From assembly GCA_963744145.1 (NCBI GenBank), contig CAVUSO010000001.1:928001-992000 (forward strand): a stretch of DNA of 64,000 bases, given 5' to 3'. The stretch is from an uncultured cyanobacterium. GTDB lineage: Bacteria > Cyanobacteriota > Cyanobacteriia > Cyanobacteriales > CAWUOF01. How positions within the stretch are numbered: the first letter of the stretch is position 1; the number at the start of each line of letters is the position of its first letter. Both the position numbers and the translations under genes were made by a program. This document shows positions 9,629 through 20,328 of the stretch, in pieces. The notes under the pieces are model-generated. The model had not been told where the DNA came from, did not search any database, and saw only the letters and a program-made list of their open reading frames with translations.

Positions 9629-9858
9629 AAGTAAAAGCTATTGGGATTTAAAATTTCTTTTTATAAATCATTAAAAATTCCTTTTGAATAACTTTATATT
9701 TACCTATTATTCAAGATAATTATAATATTGTCAAGGGTTCAAATTGAAAAATTGAGAAATTATCATATATTTTGACTATAGATGCTGACTTTTAACGAGC
9801 TAATTTAGCCGACTAGGAGGGATACTAAAGCGACAGGAGAACTGCGGAGAATTTAGAT

Positions 9859-10773
9859 TTACAGACTAGTGAGAAAGTCCCATTCGGATGAATCATCAGA
9901 TAACTCCGAAGTTGGTGTAGTTGATACAGTTTCGGAAGGCAATTTGCCAGTTTGTAACAATGATTCATATTCACCGGAATCAACCCATTTAAAAAGTTCT
10001 GCCATTCTCATAATTGTCCAGGGGAGACGAAATTCTGTAAAACTAAATATTTTCGTTACCTGATCTAAAGTATCCAGATTATTGTTCATAAAACTACGAG
10101 ATTGCTCGACAAAATCATCAATAGTATCTAAGGTTAAATATTCATTAGGTAATCCACCTAATTTCATCAAAAACGCGATCGCTACCTCCAAATCCTGACA
10201 AGCTAACAACCCACAGCGATCGCTGGTAAATCTAGAGGTAACGATCCAATTTTGAAGTGCCACTTCTAACCCATTGGAGGCAATTCCACCTAGACCAAAA
10301 GTGGTATTATTAATCAGTGTCTTAATCATGGGCATGACATAAGCTATTTGTTGATAATTAATATATTGACATTTAATCTTAATTAATTCATGCCCAAATA
10401 AGAAATATAACTCCTCTTGAGTCAACCATTCCATTGCTTCTAAATTGATCCCGATGATTGGTTTTTCCACACCGATCACATAAGTAATAATCCGTCCTGC
10501 ACCTGCACCTAGATATAGTTCTGGGACAGGATTAATATCTAAAATATTGCAGGTATCGTTCAAGATATCGGAGAGTTTAGGGAAATTTCGGGAGGTAACT
10601 TTAAACTCACTTCCCAAAGTTTGAATTCTCAAAATCCGATCAATTCCATGTTCATTGATCTTCTTTAGTAAAAATGATAATCCGGGCATTTTTTCCAGAG
10701 CTACCAAAGCTTTGCGATCGGAGGGATGTTGATATAATTCCGGACTAAACCGAATCAAACGTTGCTGAACCAT
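9859..10773 (-). CDS. M48-family metallopeptidase homologue, predicted inactive
   Basis: YQHPSDRKAL N-terminus, DRCGLLACQD, MKLGG; HEXXH degenerate to HELIK. Confidence 0.85.
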   Translation of the reverse strand: MVQQRLIRFSPELYQHPSDRKALVALEKMPGLSFLLKKINEHGIDRILRIQTLGSEFKVTSRNFPKLSDILNDTCNILDINPVPELYLGAGAGRIITYVIGVEKPIIGINLEAMEWLTQEELYFLFGHELIKIKCQYINYQQIAYVMPMIKTLINNTTFGLGGIASNGLEVALQNWIVTSRFTSDRCGLLACQDLEVAIAFLMKLGGLPNEYLTLDTIDDFVEQSRSFMNNNLDTLDQVTKIFSFTEFRLPWTIMRMAELFKWVDSGEYESLLQTGKLPSETVSTTPTSELSDDSSEWDFLTSL

Positions 10774-10947
10774 AGACTTTAGTTAGTATTTGTACTTATT
10801 GGTCAATCTAGCATAGATTAAGATACAGCTAATCATAGGGGTTGGATGACGCGATCGCCAAAATTTCTCCCCTGAACACACCCTTATTTCCGAGGAAATC
10901 TGACTATTAAGATTTACTGACTTGCATGAGCAAATACCCTAATTAAG

Positions 10948-10956
10948 TGATATAAT
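10948..10956 (+). promoter_or_regulatory. Extended -10 promoter element for thiC leader
   Basis: TG-A-TATAAT about 10 nt upstream of the riboswitch P1. Confidence 0.65.
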
Positions 10957-10966
10957 ATACAGCTAA

Positions 10967-11044
10967 AGCTAGGGGTGCCCAAACTAATGGGCTGAGATTA
11001 AACCCTGAGAACCTGACACCGGGTAATACCGGCGGAGGAAAGCT
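10967..11044 (+). ncRNA. TPP riboswitch
   Basis: AGCTAGGGGTGCCC...GGGCTGAGA...ACCC...GAACCTGA-CACCGGGTAATACCGGCG-GAGGAAAGCT directly upstream of thiC. Confidence 0.96.
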
Positions 11045-11059
11045 GTTTATTGAGGATAA

Positions 11060-12439
<1,380 letters not shown>

Positions 12440-12454
12440 GGGATTATTAAATAT

Positions 12455-12515
12455 AGGTGAGAAGAGATGGGAAGACGAAATTATCTTTTCTTTTGTTCCC
12501 GATTTTCTCACCTTT
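12455..12515 (+). terminator. Long hairpin after thiC
   Basis: AGGTGAGAA...GGGAA / TTCCC...TTCTCACCT followed by a short T-rich stretch. Confidence 0.5.
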
Positions 12516-12669
12516 ATTGAATCATCAAATTACAGCTTCCAGATTTTGATGTAACTGGGTTGATGTAACTAATTTTCATCAAAAAAAATAAAGATTTGTT
12601 GGGAACATTTTCTGGCTTCGCTCAAATGTTATGATAGATATAATTAGAATATTTCACCTCTTTTTTTTT

Positions 12670-13272
12670 ATGAAAAATCATCGATTGCTGATTCCTTTTC
12701 TATTGGCTTTTCTGAGTCTAACCAGCATTGGGGTCAAAGAAGTTCGCGCTGATGTAGCCCAAAGCTCCAACGGTAGTTATAGTCAATCCGGTCAAAACAG
12801 CTCCGATAGTAGTAGTAGTAGTCAAAACAGCTCCGGTAGTAGTAGTAGTAGTAGTAGTAGTAGTCAAAACAGCTCCGGTAGTAGTAGTAGTCAAAACAGC
12901 TCCGGTAGTAGTAGTCAATCCGGTCAAACCGAAACTTGGGGCCATCGTAATGGCCAATCCGGTCAAACCCAAAATTGGACCAATCGTAATGGCCAAACCC
13001 AAAATTGGACCAATCGTAATGGTCAAACCCAAAATTGGACTAATCGTAATGGTCAATCCGGTCAAACCCAAAATTGGACCAATCGTAATGGATCGGAACG
13101 TTACCAAGTTAATCAGGAATGGCAAAATCGCGAACGGGTGCGGGTCGAAGCGGAACGTCGTCGTTGGGAATGGGAACGGACCGAAGCTGCACGTCGTGAA
13201 GCTGATCGCAACGATCATCGTGATCATCGTTATGTAGAAGCAAAAAGACAAAGACGTTACGTTCACTATTAA
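12670..13272 (+). CDS. Secreted low-complexity Ser/Gln/Asn tandem-repeat protein
   Basis: ATG at 12670 gives signal peptide MKNHRLLIPFLLAFLSLTSIGVKEVRA, then SQNSSGSSS repeats, QTQNWTNRNG x4 and an R/E-rich tail. Confidence 0.8.
   Translation: MKNHRLLIPFLLAFLSLTSIGVKEVRADVAQSSNGSYSQSGQNSSDSSSSSQNSSGSSSSSSSSSQNSSGSSSSQNSSGSSSQSGQTETWGHRNGQSGQTQNWTNRNGQTQNWTNRNGQTQNWTNRNGQSGQTQNWTNRNGSERYQVNQEWQNRERVRVEAERRRWEWERTEAARREADRNDHRDHRYVEAKRQRRYVHY
12781..13090 (+). repeat. Coding tandem repeats
   Basis: AGTCAAAACAGCTCCG(G/A)T-(AGT)n units x4, then 30-bp CAAACCCAAAATTGGAC(C/T)AATCGTAATGG units x4. Confidence 0.95.
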
Positions 13273-13301
13273 AGATAAACAGCAAAAAATCACCAACATC
13301 T

Positions 13302-13328
13302 GGGTAGAATTATTTCTACCCGTTTTTT
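13302..13328 (+). terminator. Intrinsic terminator
   Basis: GGGTAGAA-TTAT-TTCTACCC-GTTTTTT. Confidence 0.75.
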
Positions 13329-13371
13329 GATGTTCACCTAATTACTCACGATAGACAAGTGGGGGTAAATC

Positions 13372-14619
13372 TTGAAAAGGAATTTTATTGCTGGTAAAAA
13401 AGCTTTATTGTTTGGGTTAAGTGGAGCAGGAGGAGGATTTCTTGGTAACTTAATCACCGAAAAATTTTTAGAGTTTGACTATTACCATCGGGAATCATTC
13501 TTTGTTTCTGTGCTACATACTGCAATCTGGTTTGGAATCGTTGGTGCTGGAATTGCTACAGGGATTTTAATCGGATATAACTACTACTTGAAACGTCGTT
13601 GGCAATTTGCTCAACTGATTACTCAAGGTGTATTATTAGGTTTAATTGCTGGGGTGATATCTGGAGGTTTAGCTGAAGCGATTTATAGTGGAATTGGACC
13701 GGATAACTTGTTACTAAATGAATTGTTACGAGTAACTTGTTGGGGAATTGCTGGAAGTTTATTAGGATTAGGACTTTCCTTTCGGTTACCTAACTTAGGA
13801 CGTATTCGTGGAATGTTTGGTGGTCTAGTTGGGGGTGGATTAGGAGGAATTTTATTTATCATTTTTGCTTATACTTTATCCGGTACAATAGGTCGTCTCA
13901 CTGGTTGTGCTGCGATTGGCTTTTTTATTGGTTTAATGTTGATTATTGCTGAGACTTTATTTAGTAAAGCTTGGTTATTAATTACTTATGATAATGGGGA
14001 AACTCGCACTATTAATTTTGGTAAAGAACCACTGACGATTGGTAGTGACGATAATCGGTCTATTATTTATGTTTTAAATGTAGCACCTGTAGCCTTAAGG
14101 TTTACTTTAGAGCAGGGACAAATTATCAGTGAAGATGTACCAACGGGAACCAAAAATTATTTAAAACCTGGTTATCAAAAGCGTGTTGGTAATTGTACAA
14201 TTACGATCGGTGGGACGGAAGAAATTAATCTAATTTCCCCTGATCCATTACCATCCTCTCCGATTCAAGAATTAGCTCCGACAGTTCTCCATCAAGAGCA
14301 GTCCCAAAAACAAGTAGCAACTCTCACTCATTTTACCTCCCAAGAAGCGATCGCCTTAATAAATTTTCCTTTTACTATTGGACGAGAACCTAGCAATAAC
14401 CTAGTCCCCGAAGAGCCAAAATGTTCCCGTTATCACGCTCAAATCACTCGTGAAAATAATGGTAGTTTCCGCTATCAAATTATCGATTTAAACAGCTCTA
14501 ATGGTACTTTTGTGGATGAAGTAAGATTGATCCCCCATCAACCTTTATGGTTAAATGATGGTGATATAATTAGAATTGGTGAACAAAAGTGGACTTTTTC
14601 TAGTAATTCTGTTGTCTAA
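13372..14619 (+). CDS. Gly-rich multi-TM membrane protein with C-terminal FHA domain
   Basis: About 6 Gly-rich TM segments; FHA motifs TIGR, SRYHA, DLNSSNGTFV, LNDGDIIRIG. Confidence 0.88.
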   Translation: MKRNFIAGKKALLFGLSGAGGGFLGNLITEKFLEFDYYHRESFFVSVLHTAIWFGIVGAGIATGILIGYNYYLKRRWQFAQLITQGVLLGLIAGVISGGLAEAIYSGIGPDNLLLNELLRVTCWGIAGSLLGLGLSFRLPNLGRIRGMFGGLVGGGLGGILFIIFAYTLSGTIGRLTGCAAIGFFIGLMLIIAETLFSKAWLLITYDNGETRTINFGKEPLTIGSDDNRSIIYVLNVAPVALRFTLEQGQIISEDVPTGTKNYLKPGYQKRVGNCTITIGGTEEINLISPDPLPSSPIQELAPTVLHQEQSQKQVATLTHFTSQEAIALINFPFTIGREPSNNLVPEEPKCSRYHAQITRENNGSFRYQIIDLNSSNGTFVDEVRLIPHQPLWLNDGDIIRIGEQKWTFSSNSVV

Positions 14620-14683
14620 AAATAGAATTTAAGCTCACGAACTGGAAAAAATCGTCAAAATTGTTGCTTCAAGACTGATCACA

Positions 14684-15247
14684 ATGGAATTGAAAAATGC
14701 TCTATTTGATTTACCGACTCTCAAAACTGAGCGATTGCTGTTGCGTAAAATTACCCTGAAAGATGCTAAAGATATGTTTGAATATACTAGCGATCCAGAA
14801 GTCGCTAAATATACTCTTTGGTATGCTCACCAATCGATATCAGAAAGCAAATATTTTATTAAATCTGTGATCGAACAGTACCATAACCATCAAGGTGCTG
14901 ATTGGGGAATAGTTCATCAAGCTGATCAAAAATTTATTGGTACTTGTGGATTTACAGAATGGGTTAACCTTGATGATCGAGGAGAAATTGGTTATAATCT
15001 CTCCCGGAAGTATTGGGGAAAAGGTTATATGTTAGAAGCAGTTCGAGCGATTTTGTCTTTTGGATTTAGCCAAATGCACCTCAATCGGATTCAAGCTAGA
15101 TGTAAAATTGCTAATGTGGCTTCAGCTCGGGTCATGGAAAAAGTAGGTATGAAATATGAAGGTACTTTGCGACAATATATTTTCGCTAAAGGTGCTTATC
15201 ATGATCTTAAACTGTATTCGATTCTGAAACAAGAATTTTTGCCTTGA
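14684..15247 (+). CDS. GNAT N-acetyltransferase (RimJ/RimL type)
   Basis: LKTERLLLR, EIGY...YWGKGY, NVASARVMEKVGMKYEG. Confidence 0.92.
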   Translation: MELKNALFDLPTLKTERLLLRKITLKDAKDMFEYTSDPEVAKYTLWYAHQSISESKYFIKSVIEQYHNHQGADWGIVHQADQKFIGTCGFTEWVNLDDRGEIGYNLSRKYWGKGYMLEAVRAILSFGFSQMHLNRIQARCKIANVASARVMEKVGMKYEGTLRQYIFAKGAYHDLKLYSILKQEFLP

Positions 15248-15268
15248 CCAACTGGTTTTTTTATAAAT

Positions 15269-15934
15269 ATGAATCTGTCCTTACCTAGTTCTACCCCCTA
15301 TCTGATTTCTCCCCAGATCTCACCAAATTTAATGCGAGAATCTGCTCCCCTCCATGCACCATTAAAATTGGGGATCATGTCATCAGGAAGTGGGAGTAAT
15401 TTTGAAGCGATCGCCCAAGCAATCAATCAGGGTGAACTTAATGCCAAAATTCCAGTCTTAATCTATAATAATCCCGATGCTCAGGTAGTTGCTAGAGCAG
15501 AACGATTAGGAATACCTGCAATCTTAGTTAATCATCGTCAATTTAAACATCGTCAAGATTTTGATCAGAAAATTGTCGAAATTTTGCAGAGCTATGAAAT
15601 AGAATGGGTGGTGATGGCGGGTTGGATGCGAATTATTACTCAGGTGTTGCTTGATGCTTTTCCCGCTCGCATCATTAATATTCATCCCAGTTTACTACCT
15701 AGTTTCCCAGGTATTCACGCAGTTGACCAAGCTTTAGCTGCGGGAGTTAAAATTACTGGTTGTACAGTACATATTGCTTGTTTAGAAGTTGATACTGGTC
15801 CAATTATTATGCAAGCTGCTGTACCAATTCTTCCTGATGATACCCCCGCAACTCTTCATGCTAGGATTCAAGTGCAAGAACATCAGATTTTTCCTGCTGC
15901 GATCGCGCTAATTGCATCCCAAACTAACAAATAA
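15269..15934 (+). CDS. purN: Phosphoribosylglycinamide formyltransferase
   Basis: SGSGSNF, MAGWMRI, INIHPSLLPSFPG, VDTGPII. Confidence 0.97.
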   Translation: MNLSLPSSTPYLISPQISPNLMRESAPLHAPLKLGIMSSGSGSNFEAIAQAINQGELNAKIPVLIYNNPDAQVVARAERLGIPAILVNHRQFKHRQDFDQKIVEILQSYEIEWVVMAGWMRIITQVLLDAFPARIINIHPSLLPSFPGIHAVDQALAAGVKITGCTVHIACLEVDTGPIIMQAAVPILPDDTPATLHARIQVQEHQIFPAAIALIASQTNK

Positions 15935-15952
15935 AATCGGGAAATAATTCAA

Positions 15953-17512
15953 TTAAGTCCGAAAAATTATTTGACCATTAAGCAGTGCTACTAATTGGAT
16001 TTTTAAGGGTCCAGCAGTATAAGTGACATCAGCTGCGATCGCTTTAATATCAATCGTGGCTGTTTGTTTTTGTAATTGTTCTAAAAAGCTAATCAAAGTC
16101 GTAATTCGACCGTCACCAATTTGGATTGTATCCGCTAAAATTCCCAGATTACGAGCGCGAAAATTAGAAGCGACCAACAATTGGTCTATTCTTTGTTGAA
16201 TTTGGCTTTGGGACATATTTACTGGATTAACCGAAGTTTCTGCTACCACATCACCAGGATGAAACACCACTTGATTACGAACTGCATCAGCAAATACTTG
16301 AACTGGTATTTCACCCTTTAAATAATTAGCAGCTCCCAAAATTCGCACCACATATTCTTCCCCATCTTTAATTTGACTCATCAGAGATTGGACTTCAAAA
16401 TTAGAAATTTGAATCACCTGTTCATTAACATTATTTTTTTCCCCCAATTTGATCACCGCTTGATTAGCTTTTTGTAAAAGTTTATCGACCGCACTTTTAG
16501 TAGCATTCGGATCAATAATCCGCACTATTCCAGTCGCAAGAACTTGACCACGACGAATAATTACATTACCCAAACGTAACTCTTTAAAATCCTGTTCGAG
16601 GGATAAAATATCCTGTTTCAGAAAATTTTGCTGTGTTTCTAAACTAACCTGTTCTTTTTCCAATTCTTTTAAACGAGACTCACGACTAGCTAAGATTTTA
16701 TCGCGATTGGTAATTTCTTGTTGTTGTTGCTGCAATTTTTGATTACTTTGTTGCAGTTCTTGATTACGATCAACAATTAGTTGATCCTTATCAACTAATT
16801 GTTGATCCTTATCAACTAAATTTTGGTTCAGCAATCCTACCTTTTGATTTTGCTGGGAAATTTCTTGTTGACGCTGAGTTAATTCTTGATTTTTCTGGGC
16901 TAATTGGTGATCTTGTTGAGCAATTTCCCGATCGCGTTGAGCAATAGTAGCTTTAATTTGCTGTTGCTGACGCTTTAAATTTTGACGTTCCGTTTGTAAT
17001 TGTTTAATCTCCAACCGGAGCGCATCTTTTTGGCTAATAGTTTGATTTAATTGACTTTGAACTTTGGCAAATTGTTGTTGAGTTTCTTGTTGTTTAGCGA
17101 TCGCTTGGTCAAGTTTACTTAAAGCACTTTGTAAAGATTGATTAATATCATTTAACTTGGCTTGAGCCTCAGTTTGCTGAACCCGGGATTGAGCTAATTT
17201 AGCTTCCACCTGGTTTTTTTCTGCACTGACTTGCTCCAAATCTCGACTAGCATTTCTTAATTTTTTTTGAATTTCATCAAGTTGAAAAATTCCTTGACGT
17301 AAAGGTTTGCTCGTGGCAAACAAAATCCCTAAAGTAGAACCAGCAATAATAATACCTGTCACAATCGTTACGACCACCGCAGTTTGACGGGGACGTAGCT
17401 TAAACAAACTCAGCCGCGCTTTGCCCACGCGAGTGCCTATGCGATCACCTAGTGTGGCGATCGCACCGCCCAAAATTAAAATGGCCAAAATGAGGATATA
17501 CCCGATGGTCAT
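15953..17512 (-). CDS. DUF3084-type membrane-anchored coiled-coil protein
   Basis: GGAIATLGDRIGTRVGKARLSLFKLRPRQTA N-terminus and long Q-rich coiled coil; lies downstream of ntcA. Confidence 0.88.
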   Translation of the reverse strand: MTIGYILILAILILGGAIATLGDRIGTRVGKARLSLFKLRPRQTAVVVTIVTGIIIAGSTLGILFATSKPLRQGIFQLDEIQKKLRNASRDLEQVSAEKNQVEAKLAQSRVQQTEAQAKLNDINQSLQSALSKLDQAIAKQQETQQQFAKVQSQLNQTISQKDALRLEIKQLQTERQNLKRQQQQIKATIAQRDREIAQQDHQLAQKNQELTQRQQEISQQNQKVGLLNQNLVDKDQQLVDKDQLIVDRNQELQQSNQKLQQQQQEITNRDKILASRESRLKELEKEQVSLETQQNFLKQDILSLEQDFKELRLGNVIIRRGQVLATGIVRIIDPNATKSAVDKLLQKANQAVIKLGEKNNVNEQVIQISNFEVQSLMSQIKDGEEYVVRILGAANYLKGEIPVQVFADAVRNQVVFHPGDVVAETSVNPVNMSQSQIQQRIDQLLVASNFRARNLGILADTIQIGDGRITTLISFLEQLQKQTATIDIKAIAADVTYTAGPLKIQLVALLNGQIIFRT

Positions 17513-17616
17513 CTAGCTTTCGGGATGCCTTTTACTGAATATAAACAATCCAGATCCAGCGTAACCCCGGATCGTCATCTTTTCTAAAGAAAGATTTCCC
17601 AAATTTGGCGTACTAA

Positions 17617-18288
17617 CTAGGTAAATTGCTGACTCAAGATCACTGGATTATGAACAGTAATTTTTTTCTTATGGATCGAAATCATTTTTTCTTGACGTAA
17701 ATCTCCTAACAAACGAGTGACGGTGACTCGAGTTGAGCCAATTGCTTCAGCGATCGCTTGGTGAGACAGCTTTAAATCAATTGTAATCCCATCTCCTGAG
17801 GGCACCCCAAAATCGCGACAGAGGATTAACAAAAAACTGACCAACCGCGAACCCATATCACGGTGGGCCAGAGTTTCGATCATCATTTCGGTTTGTAAGA
17901 TGCGCGAGGAAAGTCCCTGGAGCATCATAATCGACAAATCCGGATCATCTTTGAGGGCTTTTTCCACCTGTTCAATCTGGATCGAGAGCAATTCCACTGG
18001 TGTAAAAGCGACCGCGTGATAAAAGCGATCAGATCGATGACCAGTAATTAATGACAAAACACCGAAAACGCTATTTTCCCTCAATAGGGCTACTGTAATT
18101 TCTTCTCCAGCTTCATAAACTCTGGAAAGCTTGACCGCACCCTTCAGTAAAAAATAAACTCGTTCAGCAGGATCTCCTGGAAAAAATATTGTTTTCCCTC
18201 GCTCGAAGCTTTCCACCACTGGGGGAAAAGCCCCGCTGCCCATTTGCCGAAACACATTTGCTAGTGGTCGATCATGTGTCATTACCAT
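17617..18288 (-). CDS. ntcA: Global nitrogen regulator NtcA
   Basis: [27 protein letters not shown] and [24 protein letters not shown]. Confidence 0.99.
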   Translation of the reverse strand: MVMTHDRPLANVFRQMGSGAFPPVVESFERGKTIFFPGDPAERVYFLLKGAVKLSRVYEAGEEITVALLRENSVFGVLSLITGHRSDRFYHAVAFTPVELLSIQIEQVEKALKDDPDLSIMMLQGLSSRILQTEMMIETLAHRDMGSRLVSFLLILCRDFGVPSGDGITIDLKLSHQAIAEAIGSTRVTVTRLLGDLRQEKMISIHKKKITVHNPVILSQQFT

Positions 18289-18426
18289 ATTCCATTGCCT
18301 GAAGCAGTCCCCTATAAACCTTGGATGATACTTTTGCGCTCTAATTTACTAATAACTAGCTTAGTGTTACAGATTCTTGACTTTAGAACACTGTAAAACA
18401 ATTAAACTTACTTGGAGATGGTTTTT

Positions 18427-18442
18427 TGTACCAATAGATACA
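18427..18442. promoter_or_regulatory. NtcA binding site in ntcA-fabI intergenic region
   Basis: TGTA-CCAATAGA-TACA, perfect GTA-N8-TAC with T/A flanks. Confidence 0.85.
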
Positions 18443-18559
18443 TAATTTTTGAGGAGCTAATTCTCTGATCACTATTCAGATTAGTTTCCTGAGTTATCTG
18501 GTTATTTTTTTGACCAAAATCATCCTTACCTTGATCCTTTCTTTGTTAATGGACTGTGT

Positions 18560-19338
18560 ATGCTAGATTTAACTGGAAAAAACGCGCTAGTCACTGGAAT
18601 TGCTAACAATCGTTCCATTGCCTGGGGCATTGCCCAACAATTACACAAAGCGGGTGCCAATCTCTGTATTACTTATCTACCTGATGATAAAGGGCGTTTT
18701 GAGAAAAAAGTTGCTGAAGTGGTAGAACCTCTAAACCCCAGCTTATTTTTACCTTGTAATGTCCAAGATGAAGCCCAAGTTCAGTCTACCTTCGGAATTG
18801 TTGGAGAAAAGTGGGGACATTTAGATATTTTGATCCATTGTCTGGCTTTTGCTAACAAAGAAGGCTTATCTGGAGATTTTACTAATGTTTCCCGCTCATG
18901 TTTCACTGAAGCTTTGGAAATTAGCACCTATTCTTTGACCCAGCTTAGTGCTGCGGCTAAACCATTGCTTAGAGCTGGTGGTAGTATTGTTACTCTCACT
19001 TATCTAGGTGGAGTCAAAGTAATTCCTAATTATAATTTAATGGGAATTGCCAAAGCTGGTTTAGAGATGAGTGTTCGTTATTTAGCGGCTGAATTTGGCC
19101 CATTAAATATTCGCGTGAATGGGATTTCGGCTGGACCAATCCGCACCCTGCCGTCTCTTCCGCAGTTGGTGGGATTTTAGATATGATTCATCACGTTGAA
19201 GAAATTGCTCCCCTACGACGTACTGTGACTCAGTTAGAAGTAGGTAATACAGCAGCTTTCTTATGTAGTGATTTAGCTTCGGGTATTACTGGTCAGATTC
19301 TTTATGTGGATGCGGGTTACGAGATTATGGGAATGTAA
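18560..19338 (+). CDS. fabI: Enoyl-ACP reductase, frameshift near 19150
   Basis: ORF to 19180 has GIANNRSIAW, YNLMGIAK, ISAGPIRTL; the C-terminus SAVGGILDMIHHVEEIAPLRR...YVDAGYEIMGM* continues in another frame to TAA at 19338. Confidence 0.95.
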
Positions 19339-19366
19339 GTTGGTTTCAACCGCTTAAAATGCAAGT

Positions 19367-19431
19367 TGGGCTAATCGTTGCAACGTAATTAAACGGAGGA
19401 ATTCGGAGTAATCTGAACCTTGATTAGCCCA
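19367..19431 (+). ncRNA. Candidate structured RNA / 5' leader of hisB
   Basis: TGGGCTAATC/GATTAGCCCA closing stem, inner GAGG/CCTT and TTCGGA-GTAA-TCTGAA GNRA hairpin; TAAAAT 6 nt upstream. Confidence 0.45.
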
Positions 19432-19486
19432 GATCCCACCTCTGTCTTTTTGGTTAATTAAATACAATCTTAATTGTAGCTCAATT

Positions 19487-20128
19487 ATGCAAACAACTGA
19501 TCTCCAAATCACTCAAATCCTCAATGACGATCAGCCGATCCAGAGAATTGCCTCAGTCAACCGAATTACTGGTGAAACTAATGTGCAAGTAATGCTTAAT
19601 CTTGATGGGACAGGAAAATGTCAGGTGGCTACAGGTATTCCCTTTTTAGACCATATGCTCCATCAGATTGCTTCCCATAGTCTGATTGATTTAGAAGTTC
19701 GGGCTCAAGGTGATTGGGAAATTGATGATCATCACACCAATGAAGATGTGGGGATTACTTTGGGACAGACTTTAGCCAAAGCTTTGGGCGATCGCCAAGG
19801 AATTGTCCGGTTTGGGAATTTTCTGGCACCTTTAGATGAAGCATTAATTCAAGTAGCTCTAGATTTTTCTGGTCGTCCTCATCTTAGTTATGGATTAGAA
19901 ATCCCCACTCAGCGCGTGGGAAATTATGATACTCAATTAGTACGTGAGTTTTTTGTGGCTTTAGTTAATCATAGTCACATGACTTTGCATATTCGTCAAT
20001 TAGCGGGGATTAATTCCCATCATATTATTGAAGCAACTTTTAAAGCTGTAGCGCGATCGCTACGGATAGCTGTGGAAATTGATCCGCGTCGTGCTAACTC
20101 CATTCCTAGTTCTAAAGGTGTATTGTAA
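19487..20128 (+). CDS. hisB: Imidazoleglycerol-phosphate dehydratase
   Basis: [35 protein letters not shown]. Confidence 0.98.
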   Translation: MQTTDLQITQILNDDQPIQRIASVNRITGETNVQVMLNLDGTGKCQVATGIPFLDHMLHQIASHSLIDLEVRAQGDWEIDDHHTNEDVGITLGQTLAKALGDRQGIVRFGNFLAPLDEALIQVALDFSGRPHLSYGLEIPTQRVGNYDTQLVREFFVALVNHSHMTLHIRQLAGINSHHIIEATFKAVARSLRIAVEIDPRRANSIPSSKGVL

Positions 20129-20142
20129 CTAGCAGTTAAGTG

Positions 20143-20172
20143 GTCGAGATCCTCACAATTTTGGGTCTCGAC
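20143..20172 (+). terminator. Hairpin after hisB
   Basis: GTCGAGATCC-N10-GGGTCTCGAC; no U tract. Confidence 0.45.
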
Positions 20173-20328
20173 TGACCGGATCAGCGCATCTAAAATATCT
20201 CAAGCTTGAGGAGAAGATAAAATTTCGTTAACCTTTATTAACCATTTATTATTCTGGTTAAGTTAGTTTTTATTGGGAATTTGAGGAGCGATCGCCTTAA
20301 AATAATTAAATATTCGGATTAGATTATA

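Noticed and set aside
10780..10800. AGTATTTGTACT as a LexA box upstream of the M48 gene
   Set aside because: Spacing is too short for RGTAC-N3-DGTWCB.
12946..13090. 30-bp repeats as a CRISPR array
   Set aside because: Repeats are directly tandem without unique spacers, in frame within an ORF, and no cas genes are present.
12718..13299. Antisense 193-aa ORF and alternative-frame ORF 12950..13237
   Set aside because: Open frames arise from stop-free tandem repeats; only the 12670 frame has a signal peptide and a terminator.
16780..16820. 21-bp duplication (LVDKDQQ) in the DUF3084 gene
   Set aside because: Ordinary heptad expansion in a coiled coil.
19140..19165. Programmed ribosomal frameshift in fabI (and likewise nadE)
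   Set aside because: No slippery heptamer or stimulatory structure; several similar indels in the window favour sequencing error.
19367..19431. Glutamine (glnA) riboswitch or SRP RNA
   Set aside because: ATCGTT...ACGGA is superficially similar, but the GGAAGTA and GAAGGAACG elements and the SRP CAGG-GGAA-AGCAG core are absent.
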